The notes under the pieces: generated by a model
The model's input: only the letters and a program-made list of their open reading frames with translations
Databases searched by the model: none
What the model was told of the DNA's origin: nothing
Program-made: the position numbers and the translations under genes
Part shown: positions 36,360-49,780 of the stretch, one piece after another
How positions within the stretch are numbered: the first letter of the stretch is position 1
Layout: each line of letters opens with the position of its first letter
DNA from: Parasitella parasitica NRRL 2501
Taxonomy: Eukaryota; Fungi; Mucoromycota
Length of the DNA stretch: 64,000 bases
Direction of reading: 5' to 3'
NCBI GenBank assembly: GCA_025201805.1
Contig: MU619288.1
Location: 1-64,000 of the forward strand

Positions 36360-36869
36360 TCTATTTAAACACTACACATTTATACAATAACATATTTAAT
36401 AATTATTAGCTTTTGTTCGGAAGAACATGCAGATCAGGTAATAATAACATTTTCCTTTTTCAATCATTAATAAAGACCCTACGTTCTCCGTGATATAATC
36501 GCTTGTAGTCTTTTTATTTAATTATGTTTGGAAATAATCGTTACTCACATTGAAATAACTCAAAGGCCACATGAAGGATATACCTTACGTAGTATTAACA
36601 AGCAAAAAAAAAAAAAAAAACAAACGACAGCTATTTCCACAACTACGTTAAAGAATCTTAGATCTAAGGGATCTTTACAAATATATCGTACATAGCGGAA
36701 GAAAGGCTAATTTTGACCAACTTGAGACTTTGTCACACGGAGAGAAGCTCTTTAGTTTTCTATTTCAAAAAGAAAAGAAAAGGAAAAAAAGCCAAATATA
36801 CCAGAAAACATGAAGTATCTTGGAGCTGCCATCACTAGATTACCTGACATTTGGAGATCTAAAAAAGAC

Positions 36870-37509
36870 TGAACGACACAAACGGCGAGGGTTGGTTGAG
36901 ATCAAATTTGTACAGCTTTATCTGGAAACTTTTCATGTAAAGAGAGCCGAATGCTATTCTTGCGGTAATCAAGAAGTTGTAGGACTACAATGAGAATTTT
37001 GCTCAGCAGCGTGTAGATTTTATCCTGCGTGGCAATCATGATGGAACGGACTATTTGGCCTTGGAGGAGAAGTCAAACAGATCAAGAAGCTCACTACGAC
37101 TTTAAAGAGGGGAAAAGAATGCAACAGCATATGCTTAAATTTTGGTTAGATTGGGTTGCTTCAGCAATGTTAGTTTGGGAGTTGGAGCCCGTAGCTTTGC
37201 CAATGGCAGCAAACAAAACTCATTGTGTTTAGAGCTCGCCTTCTTCCGTCAGGCCACTTTATTGCCTACGAAAACGCAACTGCCTCCGGTCATTATGCTG
37301 CTGCTGCCCGATTGCTTCATATCGTACTCTTTACCAAGCGCCTCGTCAATTTGAACCATTTGAAGCTAATAGCCATGATCAATGTAATAGAAAAGTACTC
37401 GAACGAACGTCTGGATTTATCGATCAACACCGACCAGCCCTATGTCGCCTTCTACGGATCAAGCCAGGAATCGCAAAAGAGCACGAAAGGAAGGGAAAAA
37501 TTACGATGA
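36870..37509 (+). pseudogene. Degenerate lineage-specific ORF with PD-(D/E)xK-like motif (Crinkler/REase-like relic)
   Basis: RVDFILRGN.DGTDYLALEEK followed by frameshifted helical segments (KRMQQHMLKFW.., RLLHIVLFTKRLVNLN); several stops and frameshifts. Confidence 0.4.
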
Positions 37510-38011
37510 CAACTGAATTGAAATATAATGATAACCATGGTTATTCTATGGATGCAACACTAATATGCGATAATATTTGTTGAATTCGATCAGGAACGGT
37601 TGCCATGACAACTGAGTCCTAGCTATGGAATTCTATGGATACAGCATATACACACTACAATAAAATTTCATTTATTTTGGAGACTGCAACCTCGCAGAGC
37701 GAGATGGACCCCGCGGAAACAAAGGTAGCGTTGTGAAGGTGCAAAGATAACCAGGGTGGACGGGGTTACCAGCTCGTTATTACATTATATTAAAAAATTG
37801 AATACTTGCTATTACTCAATCTGCCATGGCATTTGAAGCATTTTATTTTGATTGATTTCTAAAAAAAAAAAAAAAGTAATAGTGAGAAACCTTTATGATT
37901 GAGCTAAAAATAATTTGATTGGCCAGCAAAAAGTTTGAACACTATAAGAAATTCTTGATTGGCCAAATCAAAAAATTGACCTCTACTTAATGCAAATCGC
38001 TGTATTTGAGA

Positions 38012-38992
38012 TTATAAAACAGAAGCAAAGAAACCAAGAGTTTCTACATGCTGTCCAAGCTTCTTTTTTTCTAAAACCCTATTCTCATCGCTCACTAACT
38101 TTGAATCGATGCGCTCTATCAGCGGTTTTGCTAATGCAGTGGCTGTTCCAATCATTTCATTCAGTAAACTAGGCTCGATACTGCCAGTTTGACCTTTCTT
38201 TATGCCACACACAAGCCCTTGCTTATTCACACCAACTGTCAATGTAACTTGAGAGCACAATTCTTCTAAAATTGTGGGATCGATGATATAACGCTCTCCA
38301 ATTTTATAGAGTGTCACGCTGATAGGCAGATTCTCCCAGCCTTTGATGGGCACAGCGTCGTCTACGTCGTCCACAACCTCGAATTCGAATTCTCCATCTC
38401 CCAAGTCTTCGATTTCGGTTTTAGGAATGCGTGTATTGTAAAGTGCTGCTCGAGCGGTCATGATGATGCAGTCCAGCAAGTTGCCAGCTGCATCCATGAC
38501 CATAGCATCGATATAAATGACCCAGCATTGCTGATCTGGAATGATACATAGACTCTCCAAATCCAGTCCACTTTGTGAGCCGTTGAACAGTCGATCCATA
38601 GCAAGCGTAAGTGAATTATTCAAGTCATCCGCGCCACGGCCTTCAAATTGCTGTGAGGCACTCGGTGAGCTAAGGAGAATAGTATCAATACATGCTCATT
38701 TTCTTGACGCATTTTTTTTTTTTGCCATGGATAGTTACCACTCGACATTACAGAAAACACGCCCTTGTCTTGGTTTGGCAGGTTCAACCTGGCCAATTTC
38801 AACCTTAACACCTACAAGGACATCACTGTCGCCTAAACGACAGCGAGCGCTTCCAGATGCTTGTGATAAAAGGCCGTTTTCCAAAACGACATGGCGGTAC
38901 TCAAGACAAGCTCTTCCGTCAGCGCGACAGTCTTGCGCAACGCCTTGTTCAATGTAATTCTTTTCTGCTGGTGATATGAGAGGTGCTGGCAT
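38012..38992 (-). CDS. RRP42: Exosome complex RNase PH subunit Rrp42, 2 exons
   Basis: ISPAEKNYIEQGV..RADGR..YR..QASGSARCRLG..VLVGVKVE..SPSASQQFEGRG..LCII..CWVIYID..GNLLD..AL.NTRIP. Confidence 0.93.
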
Positions 38993-39265
38993 GGTTTTAT
39001 AGCAAAATGTTTGGGAACAAGAGCAAATTTATTAGGAATTCCAAGTCTTTCTTTCAAGCCGAGAGTGGCTTTTCAACGAGACACGACTGGAAGATTTTAA
39101 AATACAGAAGACAGTTTGAGCAAAAGGTATGATTATAGTGGGATTAAAATCAATGAAAGCAAAGAAAAGAAATACTATTTACTATTATAAAATGGGAGAA
39201 AAGAAAAAGAAAAAAAAATAATACTAGATATATTAATGGAAAACGACAGACTACGTAGTAAAAAT

Positions 39266-40991
39266 TTATGCGTTTGATGAACTAACAATCAAACCATTAT
39301 TGTCACCTCTAAATAACTTTTCTGATGTGATATACTTTTCCTGTCTGTTCAATAAGCGTTTAACACATGCCAAGGTCGACGGCAATGTCATAAATAGCCA
39401 AGCAGCTACTGGCAAGTTGATGTAATCAATCAAATGAGACCATTTGCGACTTTCTTGTTTGGATTTAAACAGAAATTCACGGTCAATGGCACGATGCAGT
39501 TGCTCGTAAACGGCCAAGGTGCCAAACAACGGCAAAGGCAGACATAGTGTAATAATGCGAATTAGACTCCATAAATGTCCAAAGAACTCACTGGTTAAAA
39601 TCGGGTTATCAGAGGGAGCAATCAAAGCCAAGGAAGCAAAAGGTGGGAACAAGATGAATTGCATCAAGGGGACAGCGGCAAACATGAGCCAGCCGGAAGT
39701 AGCAGGAACCATGTGAGCTTCCAGAATAATAAAACAAACTTTAAGACGTTCAAACAAACTGATTGAAGAGGAGGACGATTGGAATGCATTCTTGAGAGTA
39801 TAGGCAACATCTGCCACTCCGTTGTAGTGGCGCTTGGCCTGCACGTAACGAGCGCTTACATTACTCAAGTAGCTTTCGGTCTGAACATTGGTCAAGTTGA
39901 TGGGTACATAGATGGGGGCAGTACGCACTTGACCTTGCGTTTTCCAGAAGCATTTCAACCACATATGCATATCTTCACCTACTGCATCTGCATCTGTATC
40001 CCAATAACCTACTTTATCTGCCAACACCATAGAGAGGGAATAATTGCTGCAAGGAATACACATGCCTCTGCTGTTGCTCAAGTTGGACATGACCATGGCA
40101 GACCAAGTAATGTCTGTAACACGCACAGCAGCGGGTACGTCAAAGCAGTTGCGAGAAAAGAAGATGGGTGGGGCACACAAGAGGTGGTAGGGATCTTCAG
40201 CTTTGTTCAACGCTTCTTCCACTTCACGAATATACAGCTCGGGAATAGCTGAGTCCGAATCAGACACTGTGATGATGATTCTGCGACGATCGATACCTTG
40301 CTCAGTGAGCTCCATACAGCCATGACGAGCAGCATAAGCGACGTTGGAGCCCTTGCCGCGACTCTCACCAGGAATGTCAGAGGGATGGCCAGTGATGACT
40401 ATATGAGCAAAGCGATCGCTGAAATACGATTGGAGACGACGAGCCTTGGCTTCCCAACCAGGTTCAGATTGCTCCATGGCAAGGATCAGACCATAATGAG
40501 TTTGAGCGGTACTAATGAGGTAATTTTAATATGCTGACTTTTTGTTTTTTTTTTTTTTTTTCTAGTTACCTATGGCTTGCAATGCGCTCAATTGTATCCT
40601 TCAAGAGGCCCTCTGGTTCAGAGTAGTTGGGCACAATAAAAGCATGAAAGTAATGTGTGCCTTGGTAATATTGCAGCTTTTCTTCTACATCTTCCAGTGT
40701 TTCATCATCACTGTTGCTATGTGTGATGATCTCCGTATCCTGCTTCTTGTTGCCAGTGATAGTTTTATCCAGTCTTTTGTTCCATTTGCGAATAGTCATT
40801 CTGATTTTGCGAGATGTTAGAAAGAATTTGCAGACATGGTTAACTTGAGTGTACAGGAAGACTGTGAAATACAGAAACAGAACTACAAGATAAGTACGGG
40901 GAAAGAAGAGTGGGCCCAAAGGAAGCACTGCTAATGAAGCTATAGGCACTAGAGGTGCGACCCACTCTGAGGGTGACAAGAGACGAGACAT
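39266..40991 (-). CDS. Membrane-embedded GT2-like (processive-type) glycosyltransferase, 2 exons
   Basis: IVPNYSE, ILAME, HP...GES.GKGSN, DSD, GEDMHM, QAKRH, and flanking TM helices. Confidence 0.85.
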
Positions 40992-42099
40992 GCAAAGAAG
41001 AAGTGGTGAAAAAAAGTGGGCGATGGAAAAAAAGGGAAAGAATTAGTCTAAAATCAAAAAATGCGGTTTATAATGATTCAACCACCTTTCGCCCCACATG
41101 TAAATCAGAGTATCGACACACCCACACAGGGTAACACACATGTCTTTTTTTTTTTTNNNNNNNNNNNNNNNNNNNNNNNNNNNNNNNNNNNNNNNNNNNN
41201 NNNNNNNNNNNNNNNNNNNNNNNNNNNNNNNNNNNNNNNNNNNNNNNNNNNNNNNNNNNNNNNNNNNNNNNNNNNNNNNNNNNNNNNNNNNNNNNNNNNN
41301 NNNNNNNNNNNNNNNNNNNNNNNNNNNNNNNNNNNNNNNNNNNNNNNNNNNNNNNNNNNNNNNNNNNNNNNNNNNNNNNNNNNNNNNNNNNNNNNNNNNN
41401 NNNNNNNNNNNNNNNNNNNNNNNNNNNNNNNNNNNNNNNNNNNNNNNNNNNNNNNNNNNNNNNNNNNNNNNNNNNNNNNNNNNNNNNNNNNNNNNNNNNN
41501 NNNNNNNNNNNNNNNNNNNNNNNNNNGTACACAGCTGACTGCAATTAGCAACTCCCTGGCCATTATGCCATTATGTTGATTTGACTCGATTGTGTTGCGT
41601 ACTATTTTTTTTTTTTTTTTTCTTTTTTTCCAAAACTTTTATATCCAATAAAAAATGTCTGCTACTTTGATTGTTCGATATCGTTAATAGGAGAAAATCC
41701 TGTACGATTTAGTCAATCAGTCTCTCTGTGATAGTGTACAAGACATCCTTCTTTTCTTTTAAAAGCATGTTTTCTTAACAATTGTACACTGAGTGCATCT
41801 CTGGTTTTTTTTTTTTTTTGATTATTTTGTTTAATGGAATGTACAGTGTTATCTTGAACTGCTGACAATTGAGAATGGCATCTCTTCAGTTCAAATTCAA
41901 GACAAAAGCATTACATACCTTAACAATGCTTTGCCCCTGGTTAGATGTATAGCCATCGCACTATGCTGTTTATTGACGTCTATGGGCAATGCCTACAGCA
42001 GCAATAAAGAAACAACTCTGTTTTTGCTTTTTAAAATAAAAGAGCTCTGACAAAGTATTAATTACCTGTGTTCAAAGAAATTCAAGGCAACGAAAGCAT

Positions 42100-43100
42100 T
42101 GAACACACCTCAAACCAACTGGCCGAATACAACAGGACAGCCGATCACAAAGTGGTAGTCGTCTGCATCAGCACTACAAATAGCACATAACCGAGTAGTA
42201 ACCTTGTCAGGAACAATTTTATGCAGCCAGGAGCAGACAGCAATGCGGCTGCGTAATAACCGCCACCAGGGCGTACACGTCTTTGGAGAATAGCCGCCAG
42301 AAACGAGATAGAAAACGCAAATGAACAGGAAGATTGAGGGGGGGGGGACGCATACGAGAGGTAATGGTAACCCGAGAGGGATGCCAATATCGACGTAGAC
42401 CACCCAGAGAAACACGAGCAAGAGGAGCAACAGAACGAGGCGAATTAAAAGTATTTCAATGATTACAATTGGGCACCCAAGAAGTGGCGCCAGTAGACCG
42501 AGACAAAGTGGCAATCGCATTGTCAGCCAGCGCAATCTTGGACTCAATAAGAGGCAAGACCGAGAGACTGGGGGGGGGGGACAAGGCCCCATGGCATGAA
42601 CCCCCCCCCACTGAAGAGTGCAAAGGGCTGGTGACAGTTGATCATACCAGCCAGCTACCTCAACTACTCCCTCAAAAACTAACCAGGAGTTGATAGCAGA
42701 GGGGAGGAAGAGACACAGGTTTGGTAAAAGCAGCAGCAGGGCGAGGAACCAGAATACAACACAGAGGAACACCCAGGAACCACCGAGAGGACCAGCAAGA
42801 GGCTAGTTACAAGAATGACAGCTCCAACAACAATTTGGACGAATGGGAACAGCACAGAAACAGATCAAAGCAAAGGCTAGATATATATATCCGGACGGAC
42901 AGTGAGCGAGAGACGCGAGAGTGAGGCATGAGTTAGATGGAGAACGGCTGTGGTAGTTATTTAGAGATGAAGAAGTATCCCAATGTTCGTGGGGGAACCG
43001 TGGAGGCTGGTTGTTCAAAGAAGTGATCTAAACTAATGCTTTAACGATGTAATCATTCTCGGCCTGTTGAAGGTTGGCACGCCATAAACCTGGTCCCTGT
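42100..43100 (-). mobile_element. Decayed, internally deleted L1-like non-LTR retrotransposon (ORF2 C-terminus with zf-RVT)
   Basis: Frameshifted LRRYWHPS..RFWRLF..TPWWRLLRSRI..WLHKIVPDK...CAIC..DDYHFVIGCP. Confidence 0.75.
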
Positions 43101-43379
43101 TGGGGAATTAAAGAACTGGGAAAGCATGATGAGAACAGAATGTCGATGGAAGAGGAATGGCGATGTCAGAATAAGATGGGAAAACAGAACAGGTACAGTA
43201 GCTAATGGTGGATGTGGACATGTCCTGCCGAAAAGTTGGAAGGAATTGTCCCTCATGTTGAGTGTGAGTACACTTGGATAAAGTGTTCATTGAGGAGTTG
43301 ATGCCACTGCTGTTGTAATGTCTCTGCGGAATGTAAGGTCACTCGAAAAGGACTTGAGAGATTACAATATAAATCCATC

Positions 43380-43740
43380 AAATGTTGCCGATCCTACTGA
43401 GACATCTGATTTGTATTTAATTCAAGTATTCAATGAATAAGGCTTATGTGGTGGTTGTATCTGGTATTGGATAATGTAGCTATCCATAAGCCTGCTGTTA
43501 TCAGAGCATTAGTCGAAGCAAGAGGCTGTTGGTGTATTTATTTGTCTGCTTACCCTTCCTGTCTCAATCCAATTGAAGTGTTCTGTGGCGTAAAAGTAAG
43601 GTTGGAATCAAAGAAACTCATGATCGTTTGGCCCCTTGGTGTCGGTTAGAAAATGTAACACTGCCGGATTGTTGTGAAGGGATTTGTCGCTCGGCTAACT
43701 TTTTCCCTCGACGTTTTGCCATGGAAACAATGGTTTGACA
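43380..43740 (+). mobile_element. Second degenerate Tc1/mariner DD34E transposase fragment
   Basis: YLVLDNVAIHK..VEARG..CIYLSAYPSCLNPIEVF, with D-34-E spacing. Confidence 0.8.
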
Positions 43741-44179
43741 TTAGCCTGTCTTTTAAGAACTCTCTGTGTACCCTACTCCTCATTTGAAAAATGTAGGTCT
43801 CACTTGGGATCTTGATAAATATGATCAGGTAACGGGCTCCATGAATCAACCAGATGTCGTAATGAACGAAACCTTTGATATTACAGCAACGAATGGACAA
43901 ATACATCCAACTAGCTGCTTTGATGTAATTTGAGTTTTAGGGATTACAGGCCACTAGACAGCAACAACTGCCCAGAGTACCCGGAAGGCATTGGTTGATG
44001 CTCATTGTTTTTTTTTGCTTATCCCGGCGTTTTATCAAGTGAAAAAGAGGTGGTCCGAAAAAATTTGAAAAAGGTCCGAAAACCAAGTAAAAACACTTTC
44101 CTTCCCCCATCTTTTCAAATAAGAAACCCCCTTCTCTTTATTGCATTTTTTTTTTTTTTCAACATTGCGATATTTACCC

Positions 44180-45613
44180 ATGTCTTTATTACGCTTATTC
44201 ACAACTCATAAAGTCTTTAAACCTAATCACATCAACTCTATCAGAAGCTTTTCGGCTGCTCCCGGTAAATTCGAGATTTTTTTTTNNNNNNNNNNNNNNN
44301 NNNNNNNNNNNNNNNNNNNNNNNNNNNNNNNNNNNNNNNNNNNNNNNNNNNNNNNNNNNNNNNNNNNNNNNNNNNNNNNNNNNNNNNNNNNNNNNNNNNN
44401 NNNNNNNNNNNNNNNNNNNNNNNNNNNNNNNNNNNNNNNNNNNNNNNNNNNNNNNNNNNNNNNNNNNNNNNNNNNNNNNNNNNNNNNNNNNNNNNNNNNN
44501 NNNNNNNNNNNNNNNNNNNNNNNNNNNNNNNNNNNNNNNNNNNNNNNNNNNNNNNNNNNNNNNNNNNNNNNNNNNNNNNNNNNNNNNNNNNNNNNNNNNN
44601 NNNNNNNNNNNNNNNNNNNNNNNNNNNNNNNNNNNNNNNNNNNNNNNNNNNNNNNNNNNNNNNNNNNNNNNNNNNNNNNNNNNNNNNNNNNNNNNNNNNN
44701 NNNNNNNNNNNNNNNNNNNNNNNNNNNNNNNNNNNNNNNNNNNNNNNNNNNNNNNNNNNNNNNNNNNNNNNNNNNNNNNNNNNNNNNNNNNNNNNNNNNN
44801 NNNNNNNNNNNNNNNNNNNNNNNNNNNNNNNNNNNNNNNNNNNNNNNNNNNNNNNNNNNNNNNNNNNNNNNNNNNNNNNNNNNNNNNNNNNNNNNNNNNN
44901 NNNNNNNNNNNNNNNNNNNNNNNNNNNNNNNNNNNNNNNNNNNNNNNNNNNNNNNNNNNNNNNNNNNNNNNNNNNNNNNNNNNNNNNNNNNNNNNNNNNN
45001 NNNNNNNNNNNNNNNNNNNNNNNNNNNNNNNNNNNNNNNNNNNNNNNNNNNNNNNNNNNNNNNNNNNNNNNNNNNNNNNNNNNNNNNNNNNNNNNNNNNN
45101 NNNNNNNNNNNNNNNNNNNNNNNNNNNNNNNNNNNNNNNNNNNNNNNNNNNNNNNNNNNNTGCTAATGGCACTAAAAAAAGACAAATCTTTGTCCAAGCA
45201 GATGAAAACCAATAGATCAACTTTAAAGGAATAAATGTACATGAATATGATTACTTTGGTTAAAACTTTTCAACTTCTTAGGTATCCACACATACCATTA
45301 GATCCAGTTCTTCCTTTACATTTGATTGGTGTGGTCATCTTTTGGAAACAGATACATATATCACATTGATGGTGCCTGGTGCAAGGCACAACTGCGAACG
45401 TTTAACTCGGCTATGTCAAATTGATGTGATGTTGAACAGTACAAGAAAGTAATAGGTTCTAGGTATTTTGCATTAAGCAATAAATTCTGTATCGATTATA
45501 GGGCCAAGTATTTCTTTCAGGTATTAAATCTTGGTTTTTTTATTCAACAGTAAACATTGCGTTCAATCATAGATAACAAAGCAGCTTTACACAGCTTCAA
45601 GCAGCATTCACTA
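44180..45613 (+). CDS. Partial gene or genes spanning the large N gap: a mitochondrial-presequence-like first exon and unassigned 3' exons
   Basis: MSLLRLFTTHKVFKPNHINSIRSFSAAP|gtaaat before the gap. After the gap, open GT-AG-bounded exons (45283-45448 VSTHTIRS..FDWCGHLLETD..) end in TAA at about 45613. Confidence 0.45.
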
Positions 45614-45907
45614 ATTTCGATTCGGTGTGCCATTGTTGAACATGCTGCTCGCATATCACTTGTATGTAAAACATTAAATTTCATGAAATCAAACGATTTA
45701 ATAACTGTGCTTATACTTTTTGAACTATCGGAATAATATTAATAAATAAAAAAAAAAGACAATGATAGTATATTATTCGTAAATTCATTATAGATCTGCT
45801 TTGTTTTTTGTTTTGTTTTGCTTGTCATACATTTCAACGAGAAGAAAGAGAAAATAAAGTATATATATAAGGGGGGGAGCGTGTTGGAAAGATAATGAAA
45901 AAGCGAC

Positions 45908-47709
45908 CTAATGGATGATTTGAAGGCGAGAATTACTGACTTGCCAGACATCTAAACCAGCGTATTCACGAACAGCTTCATCCCATTGAGCTTCAGTATA
46001 ACCTTTGGAAGCAACGCGACGTTTAATTGTAGATAAAGCCAAGCTGCTCTCACCACGTTCCTGAGCCATTTCTCTTACGATATTAAATATGCCAGTCATG
46101 GGAGATGTATCATGACGACCGCTACGTCTTTGGCTGTCGTCGTTCAACGACGATTTAGAAACGTCAATCAATCTCAATGCTTCGTCTACATCTCTAGGTT
46201 CTACGACATCTGCTAAGCGAATACGAGCCAAAGCCTGGGCCATACGGATTATACCCAACAAAGTACGCGCTGAAGCATAGGTGAACTGTTGCTGGCGGTC
46301 CTCATCGAGTTTATACTGTCGTCTTAATCCAACATAAGCACTTGTAACATATTCTGAGACTTCTGATGTGAGAACAGGGCGTTTGGTTCTGGCATGAGCA
46401 ACATAATGTCGGATCATATGAGGCTCTAGCGCATTGAAATCCATTCGAGGTGGCTTGTTGTGTGTATGAACATAAGTGACATGCTCAGCCAGAAGACGAT
46501 CCATCTCATCTGAAGGCTTGTCCAACATCAGATAGAGGATATCAAAACGAGAGAGCAAGGCAGCAGGCAAGTTGATATTTTGTGTAGGAGAAATGCGGGT
46601 ATTATAACGTCCATACAGAGGATTAGCAGCAGCCAGAATGGAAGCACGGGCATTCAGTGTAGTGTTGATGCCAGCCTTTGAAATACTGATAGTTTGTTGT
46701 TCCATGACTTCGTGAATAGCGGTTCTATCGGAATCGTCCATCTTGTCAAATTCATCGATACAACAGATGCCGTTATCTGCTAGAACCAAAGCACCACCCT
46801 CCAAAATCATTTCGTCGGTAACGGGCTCTCTCATCACAGCAGCTGTCAAACCCACCCCAGAAGAACCACGGCCGGTTGTATAAACACCACGAGGAGCCAC
46901 TTTGGCAATGAACTTGAGCAACTGAGATTTGGCGACACCAGGATCACCCATCAAACAAACGTTGATGTCACCACGGATCTTCATACCGTCACCGACCGTC
47001 TTGTTGACACCACCTACCAGCAAGAGCAACAATACTTTCTTGACGTCGTCATGGCCGTAAATTTCAGGGGCAATACTACGAGCCAAACGACTATAGGCAT
47101 TGGAATCTTGTTTGAGTTGATCGATAACCTCTTGATCGGCAGGAGTAATTTCGATTTCATCGTATTGTTTTTTGAGACGGTGCACATATTGCACCTCTAA
47201 ATAGGTGTCTGTCAAAAGTCCAGCACGGAGAGCTCTGAAACCTGTGTACGGCATAGGCAGGAAGATGCCTGTGACATTGGCGACATCGCCAGGAGTTAGC
47301 TGACGGCAGGCAGCACCATACATGTGCAGCGTCATAGTACGAGGGATATGGCCAACAGGTACTTGGTCAGTTAATTCCTGCAGCTTTATTTCCTGGAAGG
47401 CCAGAAATTTAGAAGCTCGAGTTTGCATGTATAATCTGCCCTTGGTCTGGTTCTTTCTGCACTCTTCAGAAATACATTCAGTCAAAGGTGTGAACTGTCT
47501 CTGTTTGATCTCCTGGAAGATTTCGTAGCCGCAAGAATCGCAACTGTAGGTGTTGACTTGAAGGAAAGGCTTGACATCAGAGACACGGGTAATGATACCA
47601 CGCACGGTGACAAGGTTGCCCAATGAAGACCCCTTTATTTCACGAACAGCGAATCCAGTGGCGGTGCGTAATGGCTTGAAGAAGACCTCGCTATAGGCAA
47701 CTGTTAGTA

Positions 47710-47774
<65 letters not shown>

Positions 47775-48387
47775 GCATATTTACTATCGACGTGTTAACG
47801 AAGGGGGGAAATGCTCCTCAGCGTCATTTGTTCTGTTGGCGTCACGGTTGCTTCTTTGACGGATGATAACATCAAGCACACTGTCCTTGTAACTCAAGTC
47901 GGCATTTGTAGGCGTCTTTTCCTTGCAGATATCATCAATGACGGAGCAGGCGATATCAATGTAGTGTTTGGTATTTCGGATGATGCGTGCTACGATGCCA
48001 GTGTCGCTGTCGTAAAACTACAGGCTGCTTGTTAGATGACTGAGTGTACGCGCATGTCGCTACTCTGAAACAAACCTGTGCCAAATCATCTAATTCAATG
48101 ACAACAACAGATTGCTCTCTATCGACTACATTTTGCTAGATGAACGATTAATGTGTGCTGTGTTTCTGTCTAAGTGCGCATATGTACCAGTTTGCAGTCG
48201 TATTTTGCACTGATTGCATTTTCGCCTGTTGCACTAGTTACAGTCTCCTTGAAATTTCTAAAGAAATCGCTGAGAGAAACTAAATGATTTGCGTTAATTC
48301 TTTTTTCGTCAGTAGGGCTTAGGGGATAATACCCTTGTCTGCGTCATAGTCGACATTGGTAAGGTTTACAGGTAAAAGAGCTGCCAT
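45908..48387 (-). CDS. MCM7: DNA replication licensing factor MCM7, multi-exon
   Basis: Zn finger CDSCG..C...[45 protein letters not shown]. Start MAALLPV at 48387. Confidence 0.97.
47716..47773 (+). repeat. Poly-T tract of about 58 nt in an MCM7 intron
   Basis: Homopolymer read directly from the sequence. Confidence 0.9.
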
Positions 48388-48964
48388 TTTTTGTTAACGG
48401 AAACAAGCAAAGGAAAGAAAAGGGACTCTTTTGCTCGGCAAAATTTTGTGTTCCTTTTATTCAGGATCGCGTCCACAGTCGCGAGGGGGGAAAAAAATTT
48501 CTCCAAGAGCAAGATTCCATTGGACATGTGGATTCAGTGTTTGGTTGCAATCAAGCAAAAATCATTAGGATTAAGCCATGTACACAGCATGAGTTTCTGG
48601 CGTGTCAATGTTCAAAGGGAACGTGGGCAGTTGCAGCAATTTCGTCCAATATTTACTTGATCAATCACTCGGTCAGCAAGCCCAGTTGTTCTGTCAAATC
48701 AAAGAGGTTTGATATGCAGATTGCAAGACATGTACGCATCGCTTTGGTCACGTATACTGTGCTGGTATTAAGAGTAAAAAGAGGCGAGTTTTTTTATTAT
48801 TATTATTCTTGTTCTTATAGTTGATGTTGCTGTTTTTGCTTGGCATGGCCTCTATTTTGTAAACTCAAGCAAGAGGTTTACCAACAACATGCAAACTATG
48901 AAAGACAGCAACGAGGATCCTGATTTTGTATATAAATCTCCAACACTATATCCCTGGTTTGAGA

Positions 48965-49021
<57 letters not shown>

Positions 49022-49780
49022 NNNNNNNNNNTTTTGTACATAGACGATGAGCAAGTTGGTTGGCATTTGGTGACGAATCAGACTTACAAGCTTTTTTGTG
49101 GGGTATTGAGAGTCGTAATTTGTGTAAATTGTAGTTGTTGTGTGGGCATCATTCGCCGCAAGCTGTGAAAATCGATGAGTAAATAATAGCAGGTTACCGT
49201 ATATTTTCTCTCACGTTAGATTTTACAGTTTCTATAATGCTTGCCAAGGTCATTTTTTTATTTTTTGAAAAAGGAGCGTCAAGAGGGATGAAAAAATAAA
49301 AATTAAAAATAAATAACAGAGTCTGCACCCCCTCTAGTCAACTTGAATATGCGACATCATGTGAAGAACAGACCCAGGGATAAATGCTTTAAGCTTATGA
49401 TGTGATGTAGAATAAATTGACACGCCTGCACACGGTACTTTATCAAGAGATACCGCTCAATTAATGCTACATTGCTCTCTGGAGGGGCTGCAGGGTTTGG
49501 AAAGCGAGAAAACAGCATACACAAATATGAACACTTTAAAATAGTTGTAACTCAATCGGCTGAAATTCCAGATAGTAGTAAGTTTTATTCATTTTTTGTT
49601 ACAGATTGTCAAGAAACAGCATGTTGACTGAATCATGTGTATTGCATAGTAGACGGCATATTTAATACATATAAACAAATTTCATAAATGTAGCATAAAG
49701 ATTACAAGTAAAGTATGAAAAAGTAAGGAATGGAATTGCAAAATGGGGAATAACGTGTAAATGTTTTTCAAGTCAAATCC

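Noticed and set aside
41061-45242. Long ORFs made of X residues
   Set aside because: Artefacts of N gaps.
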